From Hydrurus foetidus (Eukaryota): DNA of 64,000 nucleotides. The notes beneath the pieces were generated by a model. That model worked only from the letters and a program-made list of their open reading frames with translations, did no database searches and had not been told where the DNA came from. Each line of letters starts with the position of its first letter. Positions within the stretch are counted from its first letter, which is position 1. The stretch covers positions 1 to 64,000 of the forward strand of contig UYFQ01000292.1 in assembly GCA_900617105.1 (NCBI GenBank), in the 5' to 3' direction. The position numbers and the translations under genes are program-made. This document shows positions 38,401-50,776 of the stretch, in pieces.

Positions 38401-41400
38401 ATCCGTGATTACCTCTGTGCTGTGAGGGGAGCTGAAAAGACACGGAAAGGGCATTGACATCCCTCTCCCCTGTTCTGACAGAAGGAAATTGAGAGTTGCC
38501 GTGCGTTTCTTTTTCTACTGCAAATTGGTGCAGCCATTTGCTGAGGTGCTTTACCCCACACAGACATGTTAGCTCTTGCAGAAGAAGTACTGCTGAGGCC
38601 TAAGGGGAGAAAAGGGTGATAGTTACAGAGGGTAACAGGGAGGGTAACAGGGAGGACAAGAGGGAGGGTAACAGGGAGGGAGGAAGGGAAGGAAAAGGGA
38701 GGGAGTGTGGGAGGGTGGGTGGGAAGAGGGAGGAAAGGAGGAAGAAATCCAAGGAAGAAATCAGAGGAGCAGGAGAAAAGGGAGGAAGAATGAGAGGAAG
38801 ATGGGAGGGAAGAAGGAAAGGAAAAGGAGGGAGGGAATCAAGAGGAAGATCAAAGAAGATAAGGGACAAGAAATCAGGAACATATGTCACATAATATAAA
38901 TCATGCAGCACTACAATACATTATATCATCACAAGAAATCAGCCACATCTACAACACACACGCACCTTCTTGAACACACCAGGATCTGCCCCTAAGGCAG
39001 AGTCCAACAATCCGGATACTTCGCACTTGTTATCGTAGAAACGATCAGCGACATCAGAAAGAGCATTTGATGCGTATGTACTCAGTGTACGTACGAATAA
39101 TTCTGATGTGGAATCCTTTCCAGATGTGTGAGGAGATTTTCGGGGTGATTTTGTTTTTGAGTTTGTGTGGTCCTGGTCGGAACGGGTTTGGGGGTCGGGT
39201 GATCGGGACTGGAACTGGGACTGGAGTTGGTTCTGAGTTCTCGCCATTCCTTGCTTGTACTGCTGTCTTCCACTTAATTCGTCCATTCCCTCCTCATCGT
39301 CTGTCATGTAAGTAAGCACGTGTGTGCATGGAGTGAGAAGATTATGTGTTTATCGTTTAGTGTAAGCAGTGCAACGTAAACACGTGATTCGATAAATGCG
39401 CTCACAAACATTCACGACAATATACATAATACGTGATTAATGCAAGTAAGTGGATACACCGGATATACCGCACCTCTATCACCCCCTATCCCACCTCCTC
39501 CTCCCCTTTGTCCTTGGGAGTACTCCTCTCCATCGAAGGAGAGAGACTGTACGGGTTTGGCGAACGTACTAGCGGGTGCCGTCAAGTTAAACTTGTTTCT
39601 ATTGAGGGACCCGGAACCGGCCACAGACCCGCCCCCTGACCCCCTTCGGGATGCGGCTATCAGAGTGGAGTCTCCTAAGAGATGAGAGGGTATGAGATGA
39701 GATATGGGGGGAGGAGACGAGACATGATATGATGTGATATGATGTGATATGATGTGATATGATGTAATGTGATATGATATGATGTGATATGATGTGATAT
39801 GATATGAGATGTGATGAGGACTAAGGAGCTGTTGAAAAAGAAAAATACCTTCAAGACTCCTACGCATGCCGTTACGGTCGGAATCAAACGTGGTGCCCCG
39901 TCCAATTTGGTCGGAGTATACCGCAGTGAGTGTGCCGGACTGACTTGGAGATGAAAGGTATCCCCCTAGGGAGAGGAGGAGATAGAAGGAAAGTAAATGG
40001 GTGTTGTTCACTCGAGGGTTTGGGAGGAGTTAGAATGTGTGTGTGTGTGGTGTGTGTGTGTGTGTGTGCGTGTGAAGGGAAAGGAGTGTATATGTGTGTG
40101 TGCGACAGTGTGTGTGTGAGTGAGAGTGTGTGTATGAATATACTGGTATGCCGAGTGCATGTCAGTTCGTCCGTGTGTGTGAGCGTGTTAGGAATGGCAG
40201 GGAAGGCATGTTCCTCCTCCATCGCAGGAGAGGAGATGGTGTGTTAAAGCAGTTGACATGAAGATGACCGCACAGCAATGCACTGCTTTTATTGCGCATC
40301 TAATTGCACTGCAAAACACAGTAGAGCAAAGTACAGCACGTCACAGCACAATACGCATGCCGACGAAACAACCCACTGCAAACCGCAAACCACTCCACCA
40401 ATACAAATAAAAGCACACAACATAACGCACCTTCATCTCCATCCATCTCCTCCACCCCTCCCTCCCCATCTCCCTCCCCCTTCCTATCCTCTGACCGACC
40501 CTGCCTCCCAAACCCCTCCGCCCTGGGGTCGCTGCCATCGGACATTGGACCTCTAGATTCCAGAACGAAGAAATCTTCAAGCGATTCCAGCATTGGAGAT
40601 AAAAGTTCCGAGTTCCTTCTTTTTGATTTTTTAGATGGAGTGCGCTCACTTGTATCGCCTGAAGACAATTATTGTTGGGAACAGTAGTTGTTAACAATAA
40701 TAACAACTACTGATGGTTACATCAACAAAAATAACGCTGAAGTATCGTGACTGTTCCTTTTATCACGCGTTTTATTATTCGTACGTACCAGTAATTATTT
40801 TTTCCATCGACCGTGCTAATTGATTTCCAGCAGGAATATCATCATTACTGCTCCCAAAAGAACTATTCCACGGAACCTTCCCTGACCCCCTACGTACTGG
40901 GGAATATTCTTTAGGGGACATTGGACCTAATTCTGACTTTTTTCTAGTAGAAGAATTCATCCCTATGGAGGCGAAAATGGATTTTTCACTTAATTTTCTT
41001 GGAGGAGAATTTCCAGCTGTTGATAAACTGAGGGAGAGATTTAGTATGGACGATTCTATGGTATCTGGTGTACCCATGATCCTGTTTCTTTTGAACGACG
41101 TGGGAGGATCACCATTATCATTCTTATTGTCATCACCATTATTGCTATTTGAATGCTGTGTGTGCTGTATGGGTGCTTGTGTGGGGTTATCCCAATTATT
41201 TTTATCTGTATTTTTGTTTTTATTTAGTGCTTGAAATGGCTCCTCTCCAGAGGGACTGGGAACGAGATTAGATTTAACGGTTATTGGCGTAGAACCGTGT
41301 TTTACAGGAGTGTTCACAGCAGCTGTGTGGGGTACCGGTTTAGGGACAGAGACAGGGACAGGGACAGGTATGGGGATGGGGTTGGATTTGGGGGCAGGGG

Positions 41401-44400
41401 TCAGGGTTGGACCGGGGCGGGGAGCAGGGAAGGGGGCGGGGTTAGAAAGGGGCCTTTTTGAGGGTTTAGGGGCCGTAGGGATATTGAGGGATGCGAGACG
41501 GTGCAGCAGGGCAGCGTCCATCTGTTGGAATTGAACGAGAGTATGGATTATTTAGCAGGACAGGAGAGGGCGAGTATGAGAGCGAGTAAGAGGTGGGGAG
41601 AGAGGAAAGGAGAAATTGAGGTAGGTAGGTAGGTAGGTAGGAAGAGGGAGGGTAACAAGGAGGGGAGGAGGAAGAAAAAGCAAACAGGAGGGAGGGTAGT
41701 GGGTGGGGTAAAGACTGTGTCAATCCGTACGTTCTGTCGCACTTCTATTTCACTATTGCTTCAAATGACCAAATAAAGCAAACTCTCAATCAACAATTTT
41801 CGATGATAAAAAAACAAAAATGAATTCAGTCACAAATTGGTTACAAGTAAAAGACTAATTCATGTCTTACTAAAATAAAATCGTCACCTGTAAGACAGAA
41901 CTACCGGCCCCGGCCAATCCCGGGTTAGACAGCTCGGCCATGAGTACTTGCAGCGCCCTAACGACCCTCCTCTCTCCGTTCTTGTGAGCCGCAATCTTAC
42001 GTGCAATTCTGCCCCTTGATATCCTCTGGATATTAGATGCTGCTTCATTTCTTTTGATGAGATCTTCCTCGTTGTGTAATGCTAGTGCTCCGAGCTGTAG
42101 ATGAATGAGATGTCGTTTAGAGAGTGAAGGTGATGTGCGGTGACGTGAGGTGATGTGAAGTGAGATAAGTAGGTAATGTTTGATGATGAAGAAAGATAAG
42201 GGAGGGTACGGTGCAATACGACATAATACGGAATCTATGAATTGAAAGGTATCTAGAGGCAGGGAAGCTAGCTGAGTGCGTCATTGAGAGAAGGAAGGAA
42301 GGAAGGAAGGAAGGAAGGAAGGAAGGAAGGAAGGAAGGAAGGAAGGAAGGAAGGAAGGAAGGAAGGAAGGAAGGAAGGAAGGAAGGAAGGAAGGAAGGAA
42401 GGAAGGAAGGAAGGAAGGAAGAAAGGAAGGAAGGAAGGAAGAAAGGAAGGAAGGAAGGAAGGAAGGAAGGAAGGAAAAAAAGAATAAATATGGAAATAGG
42501 ATGATTGATCTTTCGAGAGAGATGGGGATGGTGAAAGAGGAAGAGGGTAATATCCGCTCACCGCTCTTTGCTTCCGCACGAGCGCTAGAGCTTCTTGAGA
42601 GAACATATCTGCAAGGCGATTCAAGCGTCTGCTCTCCTTATCACAATGCTCCCTCACAGCTGCTCTCCTGTTAGTAGAGCTCAAGAAGTCTTTAGACACG
42701 TAGCGCAGCAACTCCGTACCATCCACCTGTCAAATAGGTTATGTAGTATGGACATTTTTTGATGCCCAATATTATGACTTTGGATTAGTTTTTGTGTATA
42801 AAAAGTAGATGGAGAGTTGAGAGCAGTGAACAACTGTCACTACGCATCGCATTAGCATCAAAATCCAATTGCAAGGGAGATAAAAGAAGACACCAGTACT
42901 ACTCAACGCATAACACAGTTCCCACGGAGCTCTCTCCTGCCAGCATACCTCTCCTAGAACCGCTTCGGCAGCACGCTGAGAAGCAGAGGTGATATGCGGT
43001 CGGGTGGGGGACCCCTCTTTCTTTTCTTCATTTTCATTTTCATTTTCGTCCTCAGAGGGGCAGACCTTGGACCTCTGAGCTGCATACGCCACCCAGTAGA
43101 GAGATTCCTCCGCTCCTTCCCCTAGGGGAAAATATGAGGGAGAGGAGTGAGTGAGAATGATGGAGAGAGAGAGGGGGAGAGGGAGGGAGATAGAGAGGGG
43201 GAGAGGGAGAGAGAGTGGAAGAGGGGAAGGGAATTTGAGGGAGAGGGAGAGAGGGAGTGAAAGTATGGGAGGGAGGGAGGAGGGATAAGACAAACACAAA
43301 TACAGAGTCAGACAGACCGACAGGCATGCAGGTAGATAGATAGCCAAACTAAAATATGCATAAATTAGAACTAACAACAAAACAGCCAATAAGAAACACT
43401 TCCAAACGCACACGATGCATCTGAGACGCATTCAGCTCACCATTCGCCCATGCGTTAGCTAGATGAGGCAACGGTGGCCGCTTTTTGCCGTTCACGGCCA
43501 AGATCTTCCGGCCATTCCAGTCCACCTCTACCGGCTCCACATTCAACTGGGCGATGTCTACCGGAGGTCCGGCTATATTATACGGGACTCCTACTAAAGA
43601 CCATTTTGAGTTATTTTTGAGTGCAGCAATTGTTTGGGCATGTAGCTCAAGTGCGTCGTCCAATCCGTAAGTGGGTAGATCCTGGATCCAATGATTCGAG
43701 AATGAAGAAATGTTCCCATGTTCGTTTTTGTTGCTTTGATTGCTGATTTCTTTATTGGTAGGTGTATTTGTAAAGGGTTGCGATAGGATTTTTGTCTCCG
43801 CTTTATCTGTATTCATGTTTGATGATGATGAAGAAGAGGGGGGCCCTGTGTGTATGCTTTTATTTGGTATGGAGGTGCTCGCTTTTAGTCTTTCATCAGC
43901 AGCTATCATGTCACACCCCTCTTGCAGCCCTATGAGGTTAGAAAGCTGATGGGTGAGGACCGCGCACCGTCCCAAGGAATCTAGTCTGTCCATCTGAGTG
44001 GAGGAATGGAGGGAAGGTGTGAAGAATGGCGGGGGGTTAGAGGGGGTGGGAGGGAGGAATTGTGAGTGAGTGGGGACAGGATACACCGTATACACCGTAT
44101 CAGAATAATAAGAAGAGAAGGAGGAGGAGGAGGAGATTGACGGGCGGATAAAAGACGGTCGTTAGATAGGGTGTGAAGGAAGGAAGACGTGAGGGAGATC
44201 AATAGGGACGTCAAAATAAGAGAGAGGGGAGGCAGGGAAAAAGGAGGGATGGAGCGGAGAGGGAGAAAGGAATGAGGAAGGAAGGATGGGAGGAAGGGAG
44301 GAAGGCAGGGAGGAAGGGAGGGAGGGAATAAATTCGTGTGTATTCTTGGACATTACATTCTGTTCCAGCGCTATCGCAGATATTACCTGATTTCTCTTTC

Positions 44401-47400
44401 TTATATCAGCATAGGCGTGGTATTCGCTGAGAAGAATGGACGCTTTGTAGTGCATTTCAGAGAGGTCCAAATACCTCCTCCTCACACCCCCTCTATCCTC
44501 CCCACCCCCATCCCTAATACCCCCCACTACACTCACTCTTGGCCCGGTCCCAGGTCCCCCCCTACTCTTGGAGTTAACCGGGGTCTCAACAGCAAATTCT
44601 CTCAGATCTTTTTCTCGATTTTTCTCGGTATATGGGTCCAGAGTCCGGTACCCCAGGGCATTTTCTTTTTCCCTCGCCCTCGCCTTTGCTTTCGCTTGAG
44701 CGGAGTCTTTTATTCTTCTTTGAAGCTGAGCGAGTCCGAGGGCGTCTACCTCTATTTTATGCGCTGTACGTGTACGTGTACGTGCGTGTGTGGGGGGAGT
44801 ATGTGAGCGTGTGTGTTATTATTGGCTTTGCTGTTGACGTCGATGTTAGTGCAGTGCAGTACAGTACAGTACAGTACAGTACAGTACAGTACAGTACAGT
44901 ACAGTACAGTACAGTACAGTACAGTACAGTACAGTACAGCAAAGTGTAGTACAGTACAGTAAAGTGTAGTACAGTACAGTACAGTACAGTACAGTACAGT
45001 ACAGTACAGTACAGTACAGTACAGTACAGTACAGTACAGTACAGTACAGCACAGTACAGTACAGTACAGTACATTACAGTACAGTACAGTACAGTACAGT
45101 ACAGTACAGTACAGTAAAAAATAACACAGTGCAATAAAGCACAGTATAGTTTAGTAAAGCGATATTAAGCATTGCAGAGTGGCGCAGTGTAGCGTAGCGT
45201 ATGGCAACTGTGGCACGGGGCAACAAAGTTACTTCATAGAAACATACAAATTACAGTGCTTAAATGCTAAAAGAATATTGGCTACTGTCGAATTCAAAAC
45301 AAAACAGCACTTTTCAGGATTTTCCTGAAGCATATTTGACGAATATAGAGAGAGAATCGTTGGACTCTGCGGTCATTTTTGTGCACAAAAAAATGGCATT
45401 GCTGTTTAGTTGTAACTTCGACAATAAACAAGAAGTACGAGGACATAAAAATATTCTTACCTCTATCGTATCGTGGACCTGAGGAATTGCTAGAATCCGA
45501 TATTGAAGTCGCAACTCTTTCAAACAGTTTCTTGGCATGCTGGTTCACGAACAGTATAAGAGCGAAATAGTTCTGGAGTGTTGAGTGCGATGACGTCAGC
45601 TAGAACCGACAGGCATTCAAATTAACAAAGAAACACATTCAAATTAACAAAGAAACACATTTAAATTAACAAAGAAACACATTCAAATCAACAAAGAAAC
45701 ACATTCAAATCAACAAATAAACACATGAATATATACACACAGCCAAGCCAGTCGAAAATTGAACACAGCCAGTCATTATATACACAGCCTAACCCCTATA
45801 CACAGCCACTATAAAAGGCATGTAAACACACTCTTCTTTCACCTGTGCTGCTGTGCGCTCAATCAGCACCTCAGCATCGGACCTAGAACCAGAACCGATT
45901 CCAGACCCCTTCATTCTCAATGACGTACGAGCAGCATCTTTCTTAAATTCCGATAGGCCCCCTTGCAATCCACCCAAGATCCCTCCTAAATAGCTTACAC
46001 GGTTTCTACTCCGTGCCGTAGACTGGTTCACGATATGACCCCTATCCGTGAGAGCTAACCGGTTTCTATACGCCTTCTGGACAATCCGAGCACTGCTTTC
46101 AAGACGCAATTTTTCTATTTTTAAATAGTCTACCATAGGTGTTCTTTGTAAGAACACTAGTTCTCTTTCTCTTGACCGTATCCTCCTCAACCTGTCTATT
46201 CTGTCCTTCTCCTCTTTTCTTCTCTTTACAGCTCTGGAGAGATCACCCACATATTTCCTGCGTGTCTGTACGCCTCGTACGATACGCTGTATCGCCACTG
46301 CACATACTGCCTTCCTCTTGATCAGCCTCCTAACCCGCTTGCTCCTCCACGTAGACTGGATCACCACAGCAGCCTCTCCCTCCCCCAGCACCCTCACCCC
46401 TCCCATGTGTCCGTCCCGTTGGGCCCGTTGGCGCAGAGTCCTCCTTAGCCGGGGGGCCCCACCTCCTCCTCCGGTATCCCCTGCATCCCCTTCTAAGAAT
46501 GCGTCATACCCCTTAGAACCGTCAGAAGGACGGACCACCGCACTGATGATGTCAGTGATGAACTGGGACAGCAGAACAGTTCCAACCCGACCCCTATCCC
46601 GACCCTCACCCCCATGTAGACCCTGAACCGTCCTTCCTGTCATTCCGATACCAATACCCATACCCCCCTTAACAGTACTGCTCCTGTTCGGACCGTCTAT
46701 TTTGACGGAGGGAGCAACAGTAGACTGAGCTGTAGCTGACTCTGATTCGAGGCTAATTGAGTTGCCTTTTCCTCCATTATTCTCATCACCAGCGCTAGGA
46801 ATGTTCTCAGGAATGTTCCTAGGAATGTTCTCCAGAATATTCCTAGAAGCTATTTCATCATAATTCCGAATAAAACATCCTCTCAACGTTATTGAAATGT
46901 CAACAATAAAAACGATATTTTTCTTTTTTCCGCCTAGGGATAACTTCAAATCATATTCATTTTTCTGAAAATTATTCTTATTATTTGTCGTGTGTTCTTC
47001 GGAATTTTTTATTTTCGTTAGGAATTCTTTGAGAAGAACTGTGTGTTCTCCTATCAGCCGAATGTTCCCTGAAGAAGGTTCTTTGTAGGGTATTAAGTAT
47101 TTGTGTGGAGAGATGGAATAAGAATTGTGTTAGGATTAGTGCGTGTGTACAACAGAGAGGATAATAAATTGTGCAGTGTGTGTTGCTGTAAAATGATAAA
47201 ATAAAATGATGAAATAATTTTGTGATGATAATCGCTATTACTGCCGTACTATAATTGCAACCACAGACTGTACTATCATGTATATCATCGTCATTTTTAT
47301 GATATTTTGCATTTACTAAATGACATCATAATGTTGAGGACAGCAATGGCAGCCACTACAGGTATTTTTACTGCCACTTCCAGTTGTGCATACAAACGGT

Positions 47401-49900
47401 TATTTAGCACCAACCTGAAATGTTGTCATTGTCCGATAAAGCATTTTCTCCTCCTTCTTTTCTCTGCATTTTTTCACTTCCGCTTTTCAGTACTTCAAAT
47501 AATTGGAAACTCATGATTTTATTCACATCAAATATGTGTTTTTCATTGTTCTTTAAATCGCTGAAAGGAATCAGAATCGGTTGTGCTGTTGACAATTTTC
47601 CGTCAGGTGATACTTCACAGTTGTTTATGACGGTTTTTATTGATTCGTTTTTTTTCATGTCGTTTTTTTTATTTTTCTCTGGATCGTAGGAATCGGATTG
47701 CGAGAATTTGAAATAGTATGATGTACCAGATAGAGATTTCATATCACTCACAGTTATGTCATCGATACTGATACACTGCACTGCATCACTGTTACTGTTC
47801 TCTTTTGTATCCTCTACACTTGTCATTCCTCTATTATCACCGTATTGCTCCACATTTCTTTCTAAACGGAACATACGGTATAAATCGGCCACATTTAGCC
47901 ACTCTATCCCGGCATGACCTCCACGCTCACACGACACCGAGACATTATTTCCAGCCGATTCTAACCCTTTTCCAGTTACTTTTGATGAGGGAATTCTCTC
48001 TTCCTTCTCTACCTCTTTTTCATCAGTAGAGTTGAGGTAGAAGAACATTCTTTGCAGTTCTCCATCGGTACAATGAATTCCTAATTCTTCTCCGCTTTTC
48101 TGCACCCCTGCCCTACCTACCACTTTGAAATATCCGTTATTACTATTATTACTAATCTCACTACCAAGATTATTATCATTATTATTACTCATTTTTTGAC
48201 CTTCCTTTTTGCCACTCATCTTCCCTTCTATCATTTTATACATTTCCCTCCCTGTTTTCATAGCACTCTTGATACTTCTGAGGACACCCTTTTTACCACT
48301 CTCATCTGCACTACCCACTATTCCTCCCCCCTCGGCCTCGTGTTCGATTTCCAGTCCAAACCTTTCTATCAGCCCCTCTACATACGACACATTAACTGCA
48401 CCTGCAGAAATAGCTGCCCCAAAGGTCTTCGAGAAAATATCCCTTAAGGTCTCCCCGCTTCTCATTCCTTCAGATGACACGTCATCGAGAAGAGACCGTG
48501 GGTCAGATGATGATGAGTTCTTCTTCTTACCGTCTAATAGAGTAGTTTTTGTTACAGCTGAAGAGTGTTCTGTAGCTTGAAGTATGCATGCGGTATCGAG
48601 AAGGCTGAGTATCCGATCATACAAATCACCATCCTTACTTAGCATCCGATCATTTGAGGCTAGGTCCGGTGCAATAATTGTCCGTAGTACGATAGCCTCC
48701 GTTAAACCCGTTACAGCGAGTTGTGATTGTTTGCTATTAGGAGACTGCGATGATACAGAAGGACCATCAAGCGCTCTTTTTAATCTTCTCAGTTCCGCTT
48801 TGCTAAGCCCCATATTGATCGATATCATGGCATCTTCATATTCTGAAACTTCAGCAGAAGATTCTTTATTGATTCTGAATTTACCACTGCTGTTGGATTC
48901 GTAGTATGAAATGATTCGCGCACCAGCGGAAGGTTCTTCTTCTAAAGTATTCCTAAGACTACTTTTAAGATCGATAAGAAGTTCTTTTTCTGATCTTCCC
49001 AGTCCCATTCTGTCGATCCAAAGGGAGTAGTCAAGATTAACACCATCATCGCTGTAATTCGTAAATATCAAACATAAGTCTGCGTCACGCATGCTGATAG
49101 ACATGGCGCGTAGAGCCTGTTGGAATTCATCGAGATCCACGGTTCCTAAGGGAGTGGAGTGCGACTGCTGATCCAGAGCAGTGAACACTGCTTTCATCCT
49201 CCTTCTCGCGTCCTCCTTTCCCAACACAGAATCCGCAGTGAAAGATACCGTGCCAACCAGTGCATCCTTAGATTGCTTATCCCCATAAGAAGTTGAAGTC
49301 GACGCCAAAATAAGCGCCCTCAAGCTATCAACAGCACTGAGAACTAGGGCAAGATCCAGTACTCGAGGTGGATCTAATTTGATGCCGGAAACTTCTGATA
49401 AACTCCGAACAACTTCGTCTTTGGCAGCCATCCGCTCAGTATCAGTTGTCTTGATTTTCTTTGCCTCTTCGTCAGGTTTCACAAGTTCCTCAATTACTTT
49501 CGATTCTTTTATCAAGTCTTTGTCAATAGAAATAGTTGTCTCAACCTCTAATTCTTTCGAAGAATCAGATCCTTTCAAGATCCTCGACTCTGTTCTAACC
49601 TGACCCTCTGCAACATCCGATGGCAACGCTGTTGTCTCGCTCGATGGCGTAGGATCAGTCCTCCTCCCTGTTGCAGATTCATCATCTGTCGCAGTTATTA
49701 TCGTAAGATTGGGAGCTGCTTGTTTAACTGATAACCCTGTATCAGCCATCGTCGCCGACACAGGTGACGAGCCGTTTAAAAGCTGACGTTGTCCCGTTTT
49801 AATCTCCTCAAATATCTCAGCACAGCTTATCGCATTGTGCTTCTGCTGCCAGAGATTTTGAAAATAACGAGCCAGGCCTCTGGCCTCTGGACCTAAAATT
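35489..49900 (-). CDS. Large multi-exon protein with EF-hand-like and IQ motifs (possibly more than one gene; 5' exon near 50000-50220 unresolved)
   Basis: Chain of minus-strand exons with GT-AG ends; GTVDLDEFQQAL...LDYSLW (EF-like); IQSTWRSKRVR, IQRIVRGVQTR, VQKAYR, IQRISRGRIAR (IQ motifs). Confidence 0.6.
36523..37442. repeat. Intronic compound (TATAC)n + (CAATA)n array
   Basis: Pure TATAC run at about 36537-36740, then CAATA variants up to the splice donor near 37450. Confidence 0.97.
42290..42477. repeat. Intronic (GGAA)n microsatellite
   Basis: Visible tetramer array. Confidence 0.97.
44852..45115. repeat. Intronic (CAGTA)n array
   Basis: Visible pentamer array. Confidence 0.97.
45614..45726. 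repeat. 22-bp minisatellite, 5 copies (CATTCAAATTAACAAAGAAACA)
   Basis: Five tandem near-identical units in an intron. Confidence 0.9.
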
Positions 49901-50776
49901 CTGTGAATTCGAATTCAAATCATCATTTCTGGGGAACGAGGAACGAGGGTTCCATATTCCATAATGTACTGTGTCCTATACTCCATCCCAGTGAAGTTAC
50001 TGATAAGGGTGCGTTACGCCATGATTCTACTAATCGTCTACTATGAGTACATGATTGTGATGTCAAATTTAGGTACATCTTCTCTCTCGAAGTATTCTCC
50101 AATTCCACGAAGTAGCTCATTAACGCAATTTCATGCTCCATACCTGCTCATTCCAAGTGCAGGTACAATATTTGACGAAGGCTGTGGATACAGGAATGGA
50201 ATGAGTCGAAGGACATTTGGCATTTGTCATTTGAAAGATTGATTATGATACGTTCTAGACATACTCGCATAATTTCTAGAAAAATTAACATAAACTCACA
50301 AACTGAATAAACGAGACCAACATGACTCTATCGAGTTATGGGACTTAAAAAAAACTATTGAGCAGCTGTAACTTTTAACTTCATGAAGTAACTGATGCAT
50401 AAAAAACGTCAGTTACATTACCGATTACGGTCACTACCGTATACGGTCGGACGGAAAATCCGTGGAAATAACGGTTTTGGATTCGTTCTTCCCATTTTCC
50501 ATTTTTACTTTTTACTTTTCTTTTTACTTTTTACCATTTCAATTATTTGAAGTCAAGTCGACACTCCTCTCTCGCAAGTTTCATGCAGTTCAATCGGGTT
50601 TCAATAGCATTTGTTTGCCTGGCTTCTTCTCGACATCTTGAGGGAAAACAATTCTTGAACGCGGCTTCGTCTGCCTGTAATTCGCAGTGTTGTGACTGTA
50701 GACTTCTGTCGGAAATTCTCAATTCCAGAATTTGGAAGGATAACGGTCATCATTGTAAGCTTCAACATCTCCGATT

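Noticed and set aside
45614..45726. Short direct repeats resembling a CRISPR array
   Set aside because: No spacers, eukaryotic intron, no cas genes.
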